From an uncultured Pseudomonadota bacterium (GTDB taxonomy: Bacteria > Pseudomonadota > Alphaproteobacteria > Rs-D84): a DNA stretch of 64,000 bases. The notes below the pieces were generated by a model that searched no databases, had not been told where the DNA came from, and worked only from the letters and a program-made list of their open reading frames with translations. The translations under genes and the position numbers were made by a program. The stretch is taken from contig CACXXP010000003.1 in assembly GCA_902771695.1 (NCBI GenBank), positions 2,640 to 66,639 on the forward strand, given 5' to 3'. This document shows positions 17,871-25,958 of the stretch, piece by piece (the stretch's first letter is position 1; every line of letters starts with the position of its first letter).

Positions 17871-17897
17871 TGCCGCACGTCATGTGCGGTTTTTTCT
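17871..17897 (+). terminator. Intrinsic terminator 2 in the leader of the phage-like cluster
   Basis: CCGCAC-gtcat-GTGCGG followed by T6. Confidence 0.6.
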
Positions 17898-17919
17898 TTG
17901 CCCAAATAAGGAAAAAATA

Positions 17920-18330
17920 ATGCAGATGGAAATACCAGAAACGCAAAACGAAACAATTTGTTTGGCGTATAACGTCGCGCGAATCGTTTATGCCGAAACA
18001 TTGGCTGTGTCATTACGCGTTGTGGAAGCATTAACTTCTATGATTTTTAATGCGGCGCACAAAGATATTCACAATATTGCAAAAATATTACGCGATAAAA
18101 ATATTTTTGAATCATTGAATAACGAATCGGTGCGTCATAAATATTTATTTGTTGATGTGTCCAAACATGATTTCCAAATGTGTTTGCGTGTCGCAATGCG
18201 AATGTTGCACGGCAACTTAGGTGATTCTTGTAATCACGCAACAATGTTTCATCGCGATGAATTATTACCAGATTGGGCGGTTGCGCGCGGATATGTCGCC
18301 GACATAGACGGCATATTATTTTACGCATAA
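17920..18330 (+). CDS. Cell-wall hydrolase (SleB/Hydrolase_2-like), putative endolysin
   Basis: The pattern ARIVYAE...ALTSMIFNA ... ATMFH...PDWA ... GILFY resembles Hydrolase_2. SD AAGGAA. An in-frame GTG at 17842 is an alternative start. Confidence 0.6.
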   Translation: MQMEIPETQNETICLAYNVARIVYAETLAVSLRVVEALTSMIFNAAHKDIHNIAKILRDKNIFESLNNESVRHKYLFVDVSKHDFQMCLRVAMRMLHGNLGDSCNHATMFHRDELLPDWAVARGYVADIDGILFYA

Positions 18331-18346
18331 ATGTACAAGGTGATAT

Positions 18347-18535
18347 ATGAGCAGTTTTATTCATGGTGGATTCTTGGCGAATCGCAAGACACAAATAATG
18401 ACATGTGTTGGAATACTGTCCGCATTGTGTACATATTTGGTTGGCGATTCGGATATATACGCCACAATCCAAGCAATCATTGCGGTGTGCGGAGTTTACC
18501 TGTGGCATAAATCAAATAATAACAAAGGAAAATAA
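18347..18535 (+). CDS. Holin-like small membrane protein
   Basis: 62 aa with two predicted TM helices and a charged C-terminus HKSNNNKGK. It lies directly after the lysin. Confidence 0.5.
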   Translation: MSSFIHGGFLANRKTQIMTCVGILSALCTYLVGDSDIYATIQAIIAVCGVYLWHKSNNNKGK

Positions 18536-18536
18536 A

Positions 18537-19193
18537 ATGGAAAATATACCTGAAAAGTTTCTGAACAAAGATGGAACATTAAACAGTGATGCGTTGATAA
18601 AATCATATTCAGAATTAGAAAAGAAAATGGGAAATATGATTTCTGTGCCAGATGAAAAATCTGACGAAGCAGCGCAAACCCGCTTTCGCCGGGCGATTGG
18701 CGTTCCCGACAGTGCAGACGATTATCCGCATAATGAATTGTTTGATAATGAAAATGTGCGACAAGAATTTTATAAAATTGGTTTAACAGGTGCCCAAGTT
18801 GAAAAAATTTACAACATTGCAGAAGAATTTTTATCACCGATTGTTTCTGAAATAATTTCTGTGCAACAAGAATCAAATGCGATTTCAGAATTGAAAAAAT
18901 TTTTTGGTTCTGATGAAAAAATGCGTGATGCATTTATCGCAATAAAATCATTCGGAGAAAAGTTTTTACCAGCCGATGCATTTAATGAACTGTGCGCTAC
19001 ACCCCAGGGAATACAAGGCATATACAAGATGATGCAATCCATGGAACCAAGTGTTGAAACAAATGTTTCGGATGTACAAAATTTAACAGATACAGATTTA
19101 AGAAATATGATGCGTGATCCAAAATATTGGCGTGATCATGATGAAGAATACATACGAAAAATAGAAAACGGATTTAAAAAATTATATTCATGA
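18537..19193 (+). CDS. Putative capsid scaffolding/assembly protein
   Basis: Acidic, helical 218-aa ORF upstream of the capsid gene, in the T7 gp9 position. SD AAAGGAAA. Confidence 0.5.
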   Translation: MENIPEKFLNKDGTLNSDALIKSYSELEKKMGNMISVPDEKSDEAAQTRFRRAIGVPDSADDYPHNELFDNENVRQEFYKIGLTGAQVEKIYNIAEEFLSPIVSEIISVQQESNAISELKKFFGSDEKMRDAFIAIKSFGEKFLPADAFNELCATPQGIQGIYKMMQSMEPSVETNVSDVQNLTDTDLRNMMRDPKYWRDHDEEYIRKIENGFKKLYS

Positions 19194-19313
19194 TGAATAT
19201 TTTTTATAAAAATTTTACTTTTCTGCTTTACTAATTTTTTTCTTTCGTATAAAATAAAATCAAGAACAAAAAAAATTTGTTCTATCCAAAAACAAATACG
19301 AAAGGAGAGAAGA

Positions 19314-19622
19314 ATGGCATTCACATTCTTGAAACCAGCTGCAAAGAAACCAGCTGCAAAAAAACCAGCTGCTAAAAAGCCAGCTGCAAAGAAACCAGCT
19401 GTTAAAAAGCCAGCTGCAAAGAAACCAGCTGCTAAAAAGCCAGCAGTAAAGAAAGTTGCGGCCAAAAAACCAGTCGCAAAGAAAGTTGTTGCAAAGAAAC
19501 CAGCTGCAAAAAAACCAGCTGCAAAGAAAGTTGCAGCAAAAAAACCGGTTGCAAAAAAAGTTGCAGCAAAAAAGCCGGTTGCTAAAAAAGCTTGCGCAAA
19601 AAAATGTGCAAAGAAAAAATAA
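19314..19622 (+). CDS. Histone H1-like lysine/alanine/proline repeat protein
   Basis: MAFTFLK(PAAKK)n...CAKKCAKKK with strong SD GAAAGGAGAG. Resembles the AlgP, Hc1 and BpH class. Confidence 0.75.
   Translation: MAFTFLKPAAKKPAAKKPAAKKPAAKKPAVKKPAAKKPAAKKPAVKKVAAKKPVAKKVVAKKPAAKKPAAKKVAAKKPVAKKVAAKKPVAKKACAKKCAKKK
19334..19612 (+). repeat. About 18 tandem 15-nt coding repeats (CCAGCTGCAAAGAAA variants)
   Basis: In-frame pentapeptide P/V-A/V-A-K-K units read directly from the sequence. Confidence 0.9.
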
Positions 19623-19641
19623 TATTGCATGATATTATGAA

Positions 19642-19668
19642 ATGCCCGTAAAATCGGGCATTTTTTTT
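19642..19668 (+). terminator. Intrinsic terminator after the H1-like gene
   Basis: ATGCCCG-taaaat-CGGGCAT followed by T8. Confidence 0.7.
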
Positions 19669-19679
19669 GTAAAAATTTT

Positions 19680-19712
19680 CAGTCAGATGAGTATATCTGA
19701 CTGAATTTTTTT
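19680..19712 (+). terminator. Second intrinsic terminator after the H1-like gene
   Basis: CAGTCAGAT-gagtat-ATCTGACTG followed by aaTTTTTTT. Confidence 0.65.
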
Positions 19713-19845
19713 ATTCAACGGATAATCCATTTTTTGATGGACCCAATTTGATTTGTTGTTGGCGTCATACGACATAACCAAAAATAAATTATTTTGTCGG
19801 CAAATTTTTTGCCTTGGTTTAATCATTTTAACAAAAGGAAAGATA

Positions 19846-20664
19846 ATGTCTGTTTCCATAGATCAAGTTTTTATTAAACAATTTGAAGCAGATGTCCATT
19901 TGGCATATCAGCAAATGGGAACCAAACTGCGTTCTACGATTCGCAGTAAATCTGGGGTTGTGGGTACATCTACAACATTTCAAAAAATTGGTAAAGGCAC
20001 GGCCAGCACAAAATCACGTCATGGTATTGTTCCAGTTATGAATCTGAATCATGCGCCGGTTGAATGCACCTTGCAAGATTATTATGCGGGCGATTGGGTT
20101 GATGCATTGGATGAATTAAAAACCAATATAGATGAACGCCGTGTTGTCGCATCCGCGGGAGCATATGCATTGGGACGCAAAACAGATGAATTAATTGTGT
20201 CCGCTATGAATACTGCAACGGCGTATGTTGGTGATTATTCTACAGGTCTTACCAAAACATTGATTTTAAGCGCATTGGAAAAGTTAAACGAAAAAGATGT
20301 TCCAGATGATGGTCGTAGATTCGGTGTTGTCGGTGTAAAACAATGGAATGAATTGTTGGGTATCACAGAATTTTCTTCGGCAGATTATGTCGGTGAAAAT
20401 TTGCCATTTATCAATGGGGCCGAAGCAAGAAAATGGCTTGGCATCACATGGGTTATGTATAACGATTTGCCATTGTCATCGTCAACACATCGTGATTGCT
20501 TTATCTATCACGCATCCAGCATCGGTCATGCATGTGGTCAAGAAGTCAAAACAGATATCACATGGCATGGTGAACGTGCCGCGCACTTTATCAGCAACAG
20601 CATGTCTCAAGGTGCCGTACTGATAGATGGTGATGGTATTGTGCGTGTTAAATGTGGCGAATAA
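19846..20664 (+). CDS. Major capsid protein, T7 gp10-like
   Basis: By-eye pattern match to T7 gp10 recalled from memory: FIKQFEADVHLAYQQ.., ..DELK.NIDERR..A.A..ALGRK.DE.. and C-terminal CFIYHASSIGHA. SD AAAAGGAAAG. Confidence 0.65.
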   Translation: MSVSIDQVFIKQFEADVHLAYQQMGTKLRSTIRSKSGVVGTSTTFQKIGKGTASTKSRHGIVPVMNLNHAPVECTLQDYYAGDWVDALDELKTNIDERRVVASAGAYALGRKTDELIVSAMNTATAYVGDYSTGLTKTLILSALEKLNEKDVPDDGRRFGVVGVKQWNELLGITEFSSADYVGENLPFINGAEARKWLGITWVMYNDLPLSSSTHRDCFIYHASSIGHACGQEVKTDITWHGERAAHFISNSMSQGAVLIDGDGIVRVKCGE

Positions 20665-20682
20665 AATAAAAGGGGGTAAGCA

Positions 20683-20913
20683 ATGGCTTTTCAGAACAAA
20701 AACTTATCAGTAATTGCATATGCAAATGGTTTTACATTATGGCACTATGCGGCAAATGAAACCTTGGCAACAATAACCGCCAGTGGTTATTTCAATATTG
20801 TTAAAACACTGATGAATACTGGGGATGTTATTATCATCAATGGTTCGGATAAAACGTCCATCAAGAAAATAGCAGTTGGCGATAGTGCAGTTACCACCGC
20901 CGCATTAGATTAA
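20683..20913 (+). CDS. Small phage-cluster protein (possible head decoration or accessory protein)
   Basis: 76-aa ORF with SD AAAGGGGG, immediately after the capsid gene. Confidence 0.45.
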   Translation: MAFQNKNLSVIAYANGFTLWHYAANETLATITASGYFNIVKTLMNTGDVIIINGSDKTSIKKIAVGDSAVTTAALD

Positions 20914-20923
20914 TTGTTAGATT

Positions 20924-20942
20924 GGGCCGGATTTTCCGGCCC
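20924..20942 (+). terminator. Hairpin with a weak U-tract (possible attenuating terminator)
   Basis: GGGCCGG-atttt-CCGGCCC followed by gcatttt. Confidence 0.4.
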
Positions 20943-20973
20943 GCATTTTAATTTTAATAAATAGGAATAAAAA

Positions 20974-21492
20974 ATGCTGACGAAAATAGATTTATGTTCA
21001 ATGGCATTGTTAAAACTTGGCGAGAAACCAATCCAATCTTTATCAGAAGATACGGCGGTCGCAAAATTGGGACGGACATTCATAGATGTTGTCATAGATG
21101 AGCTGTTGGCCATGCATCCATGGCGTTTCGCGTGTCAGTCATATGATTTAAATGCGAATACAGATGGAACATTTGATATACCAACAGATGTGTTGCGAAT
21201 CGTCAAGGTCAATGGCCAGATTATGCAAAATAAAATCATTTCACAAAACGACAAAACAACGATAAACGCCATTGTTCGTGTTCCACCAGAAAATTTTCCA
21301 AGTTATTTCGTAGCGGTTGTTGCAACCAGGTTGGCAATGGAATTTTGTATGCCGATTACTTCAGATCAAACGTTGTTTCGGACTTTGGTGGCATTATATG
21401 AAACAGAATTGCAAAATGCGAAGTTTATAGACAGCACAACATCCATCAATCCACGGATAGAAAATTTTTCTTTGATAGATGTTAGATTCTAA
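20974..21492 (+). CDS. Tail tubular protein A / gatekeeper, T7 gp11-like
   Basis: The N-terminus LCSMALLKLGEKPIQSLSED......HPWRFA parallels the remembered T7 gp11 ILASIGEPPVSTLEGD......GWTFN. 172 aa. Confidence 0.55.
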   Translation: MLTKIDLCSMALLKLGEKPIQSLSEDTAVAKLGRTFIDVVIDELLAMHPWRFACQSYDLNANTDGTFDIPTDVLRIVKVNGQIMQNKIISQNDKTTINAIVRVPPENFPSYFVAVVATRLAMEFCMPITSDQTLFRTLVALYETELQNAKFIDSTTSINPRIENFSLIDVRF

Positions 21493-21498
21493 AGGCAT

Positions 21499-23217
21499 AT
21501 GGGGGAAATTATGGGAAATTTTATTAAAACGCAAACATCGTTTGCCAATGGCGAAGTATCGCCAAATTTTTTTGCAAACTCCGATATACATGGTCTTGCC
21601 TATATGGAAAATATGGATGTTATACCCGGTGGTGGTATAGCGCGGCGTGCGGGGTTAAAATCTGTGGCAACCCTGCAATCCCAGGCAAGATTGGTTTCTT
21701 TTTCTGTATCAGAAAATGAGAATTATATTCTTGCCATTACAAATAACAGTATGCGCATATTTGCGAATGACCAATTGGTTCAAGATATTGTTGTGCCGTG
21801 GGCGGCATCTGATTTGCACCTGTTACAATATGCGCAACGATTTGGAACGATGATTTTTGTGCATCCGGATTACAAACCGCAAACGTTATTGCGCGAAAAT
21901 GGAATATTCAAACTTAAAGAGTTTGTGTTTTCTTATAACAATGCATCAGATAATATAAACATGCCATTTATGCGTTTTGAAGATTCAGAAAATATAACGA
22001 TTGATCTTGAAGCTGTGGCAGATGGCGTAAAATTGACCACTAATCATAACTTTTGGACAGCGGATAATGTTTATGGGCACCTGTCCATGTTGGGAAAAAC
22101 ATTTTTGATTATCCGTTATATAGATGAAAAAAATGTGATTGCAACATGTAATGGGGTATTCACATATCCAAATGCACCATTAAGTGATTGGGCCGAGGCC
22201 GTATTCAGTTATCGTCGTGGTTGGCCAACCAGTATCACATTTCACCAGAATCGTTTGGTTTTTGGCGGTTCTAAATCATGGCCGGGCGGCGTATGGATGT
22301 CATGTGTGGGCCAACATATGAACTTTGATACAGGAACAGGGTTAGATGATGAGGCAATATTTTTCACATTGCTGTCTGGACGCCGTCAACATATATGTAC
22401 ACTAATCAGCAGTGATAATTTACAAATCCTTACATCCGAAGGTGAATGGGCTGTATCAAATAAACCACTGACACCGGAATCTGTTGATGTCAAAATGCAT
22501 ACATCTGTGGGCAGTCCCGCGGACATATATTTGCCGCCACAATCCATAGAAGGTAAAACTATCTTTATATCAAAAAATAAAAAAGATATTCGTGAATTGG
22601 CATTGGATGATTTTGGTCAGAATTATAATGCAAATTGTCTGAGTACGATGTCGGCGCATTTAATAAATTTGCCAATAGATATTGCATATAATAAAAATGA
22701 TAAACGTTTGTTTGTTGTTATGAACGATGGAGATATGGCGGTATTAAATCACGATGAATCCGTCGGAATATCAGCGTGGGGGCGTTATACCACAAACGGT
22801 AAATTTTATTCTGTGGCGGTGTGTAATGGACGTACATTTGTTGTGACCAAACGAAATGATAGTTTCTATCTTGAACGATTTGACAATTCAGAAATGGTTG
22901 ATGCAACAAATAAAAAATATACGGTGCGAGCAATTGGTATGCCTATTATGTCGTCGGGGCATAATGTGCGAAAAATGCAAATCAGAAAAATCGTTGCCAG
23001 ATTGCACAATTCCAAAACGTTATTCATAAACAATTGGCGTGCAGAATTACCAACAGAAATATACGCAGACGGTGCAATTGGATATTCGGGTGATGTATCA
23101 CTGAATACCGTCGGTACATGCCGACCGATTGTTGATGCCCCGTGGGAAATATCAACAACCGATGCAATGCCGATGACGGTTCTTGGGGTAACCATTTACG
23201 GCAGATATCAAATATAA
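21499..23217 (+). CDS. Tail tubular protein B / nozzle, T7 gp12-like (shorter)
   Basis: FANGEVSPNFF......RRAGL and FHQNRLVFGGS....W.S.....NF parallel the remembered T7 gp12 GGISQQP....KRPPL and FFRNRLGFLS....NF. Confidence 0.55.
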   Translation: MGEIMGNFIKTQTSFANGEVSPNFFANSDIHGLAYMENMDVIPGGGIARRAGLKSVATLQSQARLVSFSVSENENYILAITNNSMRIFANDQLVQDIVVPWAASDLHLLQYAQRFGTMIFVHPDYKPQTLLRENGIFKLKEFVFSYNNASDNINMPFMRFEDSENITIDLEAVADGVKLTTNHNFWTADNVYGHLSMLGKTFLIIRYIDEKNVIATCNGVFTYPNAPLSDWAEAVFSYRRGWPTSITFHQNRLVFGGSKSWPGGVWMSCVGQHMNFDTGTGLDDEAIFFTLLSGRRQHICTLISSDNLQILTSEGEWAVSNKPLTPESVDVKMHTSVGSPADIYLPPQSIEGKTIFISKNKKDIRELALDDFGQNYNANCLSTMSAHLINLPIDIAYNKNDKRLFVVMNDGDMAVLNHDESVGISAWGRYTTNGKFYSVAVCNGRTFVVTKRNDSFYLERFDNSEMVDATNKKYTVRAIGMPIMSSGHNVRKMQIRKIVARLHNSKTLFINNWRAELPTEIYADGAIGYSGDVSLNTVGTCRPIVDAPWEISTTDAMPMTVLGVTIYGRYQI

Positions 23218-23236
23218 AAACCAAAGGAGGTAAAAT

Positions 23237-23584
23237 ATGGGACAGATTGTTTCAGATGTATCAAATATATTGGAATATCAAAATGACAAAAAGAACGCGG
23301 CCAAGACCAAAAAGCAAATTTTGGCCGATATCGCAAAAGATGATCAGGAAAAACAAAACTTGGTTAACAAAGTTCTTGCAAAGCAACGTGCAAAATATGG
23401 TGCATCGGGCATGGCAACCAAAGGTCAAACCGAAGATGCGGTATTGGCGCGTATGAAACAAGAAACCGAACAACCGTATGATTCTAAAAAAGCGGCAAAT
23501 ATTAAAAAATTGAAAAATACCAAAACAACAAAAAAGAATCTGTTGCTAACCATGCTTGCACGATTGGACAAATTGGTCGGATAA
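23237..23584 (+). CDS. Small Lys-rich coiled-coil phage-cluster protein (gp13-like or small-terminase position)
   Basis: 115-aa ORF with strong SD AAAGGAGG. No domain recognised. Confidence 0.45.
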   Translation: MGQIVSDVSNILEYQNDKKNAAKTKKQILADIAKDDQEKQNLVNKVLAKQRAKYGASGMATKGQTEDAVLARMKQETEQPYDSKKAANIKKLKNTKTTKKNLLLTMLARLDKLVG

Positions 23585-23588
23585 TGCA

Positions 23589-24182
23589 ATGAGTGTATAT
23601 AATCAGTTCCTGGATTCGTGGAATTCGGTTATCGGTTTCACCGCTCCAGAACATCACCACCAAATGACAGATTTCTTGGTGGGTGTCATGAACGGTGGTT
23701 CGCATCATGGATTGTTGATGGCATTCCGGCATTCTGGAAAATCAACAATAGTCGGAATTTTTGCCGCATGCACATTATTTTTGCATCCAGAAACACGCAT
23801 TTTGATATTATCTGCGGAAACTCATTTGGCCACGCGCATGGTGATGCATATTCGTAATATTTTGGAAAATCATCCGTGGTGCAGTGATTTGATTCCGAAA
23901 AACAAACGTGAATGGGCCGAAAACAAAATAACAATCAACAGGCCTGTTGGAATTCGTGAACCATCAGTGGTATGTCAAGGTGTATACGGAAACATAACTG
24001 GTATGCGCGCAGATTTAATAATATGTGACGATGTAGAGGTCCCGAATACATGCAACACGATGCGAAAACGTTCTGGGTTGCGGGATAAATTGCGTGAATT
24101 AGATTTTATACTGTCACCAAACGGAACGATGATTTACATCGGAACGCCACACACATTGGATACGATATACAGAACCGCTTAA
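23589..24182 (+). CDS. Terminase large subunit, N-terminal ATPase fragment
   Basis: Walker A FRHSGKST and Walker B DLIICDDVE. The ORF ends just after IYIGTPHTLDTIY. Confidence 0.7.
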   Translation: MSVYNQFLDSWNSVIGFTAPEHHHQMTDFLVGVMNGGSHHGLLMAFRHSGKSTIVGIFAACTLFLHPETRILILSAETHLATRMVMHIRNILENHPWCSDLIPKNKREWAENKITINRPVGIREPSVVCQGVYGNITGMRADLIICDDVEVPNTCNTMRKRSGLRDKLRELDFILSPNGTMIYIGTPHTLDTIYRTA

Positions 24183-24841
24183 TCTTGTTCGGAATCAGAT
24201 GATGCAGGTAAAGAACTGGTCAACGCATGCAGACGACGTAATAACTTTGTGCCTTCTTCGCCGAACATTGGCAAATATGTTTCATATTCGGGCATATCAA
24301 CCTGAAGTTGTGCACGTAAACGGTCGTTTATTGGTTTATCTACTACCTCGTTGGCATTCAGCCAGATTTTGTACGCATTCCACATACGTGCAATTTGGGT
24401 GAATTTATCAAACAAATCTGTGTCATTGGCCAATATTGCCTGTACAGACATGACCCAATCTTTACCAAAACTACGAATCACAGGTGTGGCAACAAATTTT
24501 TCAAGACCTTGCTGGTCAGGGGTAAAATCATTAATGGCTGTTATCAATTCGCGCAAATCATGTTCCGAAATTTCTGTGTGCAAAGATTTTTCGGCGAATG
24601 CACCACCATATGGCAATAATTCGCGTGCAATAGAATCGACGGGTGTCTTGCCACTGCGTAAATTATTTATATGTTCAACCAGAAACTTACCTGTGGGCAA
24701 CGCGGCAAGTTCATCAAGAATTTCATCCGTTGATTCAGCAATAAAGATCTTGTTTAACGCCACCCAACCACCTTCTATGACATGTGCTTGGCGGTACAAG
24801 TTTAACAATCTTTGTGCGATAACGCTTGCCTTGGCTTTCAT
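24179..24841 (-). CDS. Hypothetical protein (last gene of the dnaB module)
   Basis: 220-aa ORF. Its stop codon overlaps the terminase-N stop codon (24179-24182). No domain recognised. Confidence 0.55.
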   Translation of the reverse strand: MKAKASVIAQRLLNLYRQAHVIEGGWVALNKIFIAESTDEILDELAALPTGKFLVEHINNLRSGKTPVDSIARELLPYGGAFAEKSLHTEISEHDLRELITAINDFTPDQQGLEKFVATPVIRSFGKDWVMSVQAILANDTDLFDKFTQIARMWNAYKIWLNANEVVDKPINDRLRAQLQVDMPEYETYLPMFGEEGTKLLRRLHALTSSLPASSDSEQD

Positions 24842-24870
24842 CTCGTTTAATCCCCCTTGCTTAAACAGGT

Positions 24871-25881
24871 TTATTCAGACAAAACCATTATAACCTTGTG
24901 CATTGTCTGGGCGGTAATTTTTTCATCGGGCGAAACCATTTGACCATATATTTTGCCCTTGGAATCTTTACGAACAACCGCGATATTGGCCTGGATTGCA
25001 TCATCTGGTTTCAATGCTTTGAAATCTGTATCAATAAACACCGCCAAATCACCGACCGTTGCATTGATTTTAGAATCGGCAAACACGTATGATTTTTCCG
25101 GGATAAAACCGCCAAGACGTTTAGAATTCGGAACAATCGCATAAACACCTTTGCGGCCTTCAAGATTTGCCGGGGCATTAATCATCGTTTTGTCAGATTT
25201 TTTGAACGTAATATTTTTACCTTCGGCGCGTCCGAACACCGGAACCAATTTACGACGGGCGTTTTCATATAATTTGGCACTGTATAAATGTGCCTGGGAA
25301 TCACCGAAATCTGCGGTTGAATCACCGGGTGACAACACGGCTTTGACCCGTTCTTTGACCTTGTTCATTTGTTTGGTCAATTCACCGTTTTTGTATAATT
25401 CGGCAATTTTATCAAACATGCTTTCAACCGAGTGAGCAAAAGAACGCGCAAGTGGTTCAATTTCATTTTGATAAACTTCGCGTTGGCCGACCTCTATTTT
25501 ATGGTACACAGACAAAGTCATGCCGGCATCTTTTGCCGCCTGGGCAATTGTTTTTCCAGATTGTTGGCGAATTTTACGCAGACCGCTGCCGAATAATTTC
25601 AGACCGCTGTCTTCATTATCACTCATACGGCGGGTGATTTCATCCTGCCATTTTGATGCGACTTCGTCGGTATCCTTGATGAATATGTCTGAAAGTTTGC
25701 ACCCAAGTATGTTGCAAATATTCAATAACTGTTTTTGATTTAGGCGACGGACACCCTTTTCAATCTTGGAAACAGCCGACAACGACAAACCAGAACGACG
25801 GGCCAGTTCGGTCATTTTCATCCCTGCACCAAGGCGGATGTTACGAATATTATTTGGAAATATGATTTCTTCTTGGGCCAT
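24871..25881 (-). CDS. Dual-HTH XRE-family regulator with a C-terminal CI/LexA-like beta domain
   Basis: Two HTH_XRE-like segments (IRNIRLGAGMKMTELARRSGLSLSAVSKIEKG; LRKIRQQSGKTIAQAAKDAGMTLSVYHKIEVG). The C-terminus starts VPVFGRAEG, like the linker of S24 repressors. SD AAGGAG. Confidence 0.65.
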   Translation of the reverse strand: MAQEEIIFPNNIRNIRLGAGMKMTELARRSGLSLSAVSKIEKGVRRLNQKQLLNICNILGCKLSDIFIKDTDEVASKWQDEITRRMSDNEDSGLKLFGSGLRKIRQQSGKTIAQAAKDAGMTLSVYHKIEVGQREVYQNEIEPLARSFAHSVESMFDKIAELYKNGELTKQMNKVKERVKAVLSPGDSTADFGDSQAHLYSAKLYENARRKLVPVFGRAEGKNITFKKSDKTMINAPANLEGRKGVYAIVPNSKRLGGFIPEKSYVFADSKINATVGDLAVFIDTDFKALKPDDAIQANIAVVRKDSKGKIYGQMVSPDEKITAQTMHKVIMVLSE

Positions 25882-25903
25882 TTAAAACTCCTTGTATAAA
25901 ATC

Positions 25904-25922
25904 TTGACAAAATGATAGTCAA
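25904..25922. promoter_or_regulatory. Palindromic operator-like site in the regulator's promoter region
   Basis: TTGAC-N9-GTCAA lies between the dnaB stop and the regulator start. Confidence 0.35.
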
Positions 25923-25958
25923 TTTTTAGAAACATGGCAAGAAAATAATTATGCGAAA

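Noticed and set aside
17797-17919. N-terminal extension of the lysin ORF (track start TTG 17797)
   Set aside because: The extension overlaps the -10 hexamer and both terminator hairpins. The ATG at 17920 has a well-spaced SD. An in-frame GTG at 17842 behind AAGGAAG remains a minority alternative.
19334-19612. Possible CRISPR array (regular short repeats); the same question arose for the 36-nt repeats at 45935-46057
   Set aside because: The repeats are directly tandem with no spacers and are in frame within ORFs. The units are 15 and 36 nt and encode peptide repeats. No cas genes are present.
19136-19630. 164-aa minus-strand ORF rich in FFAAGFFA repeats
   Set aside because: It is a mirror image of the (PAAKK)n coding repeats. 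The plus-strand ORF has a strong SD and terminators; the minus ORF has neither.
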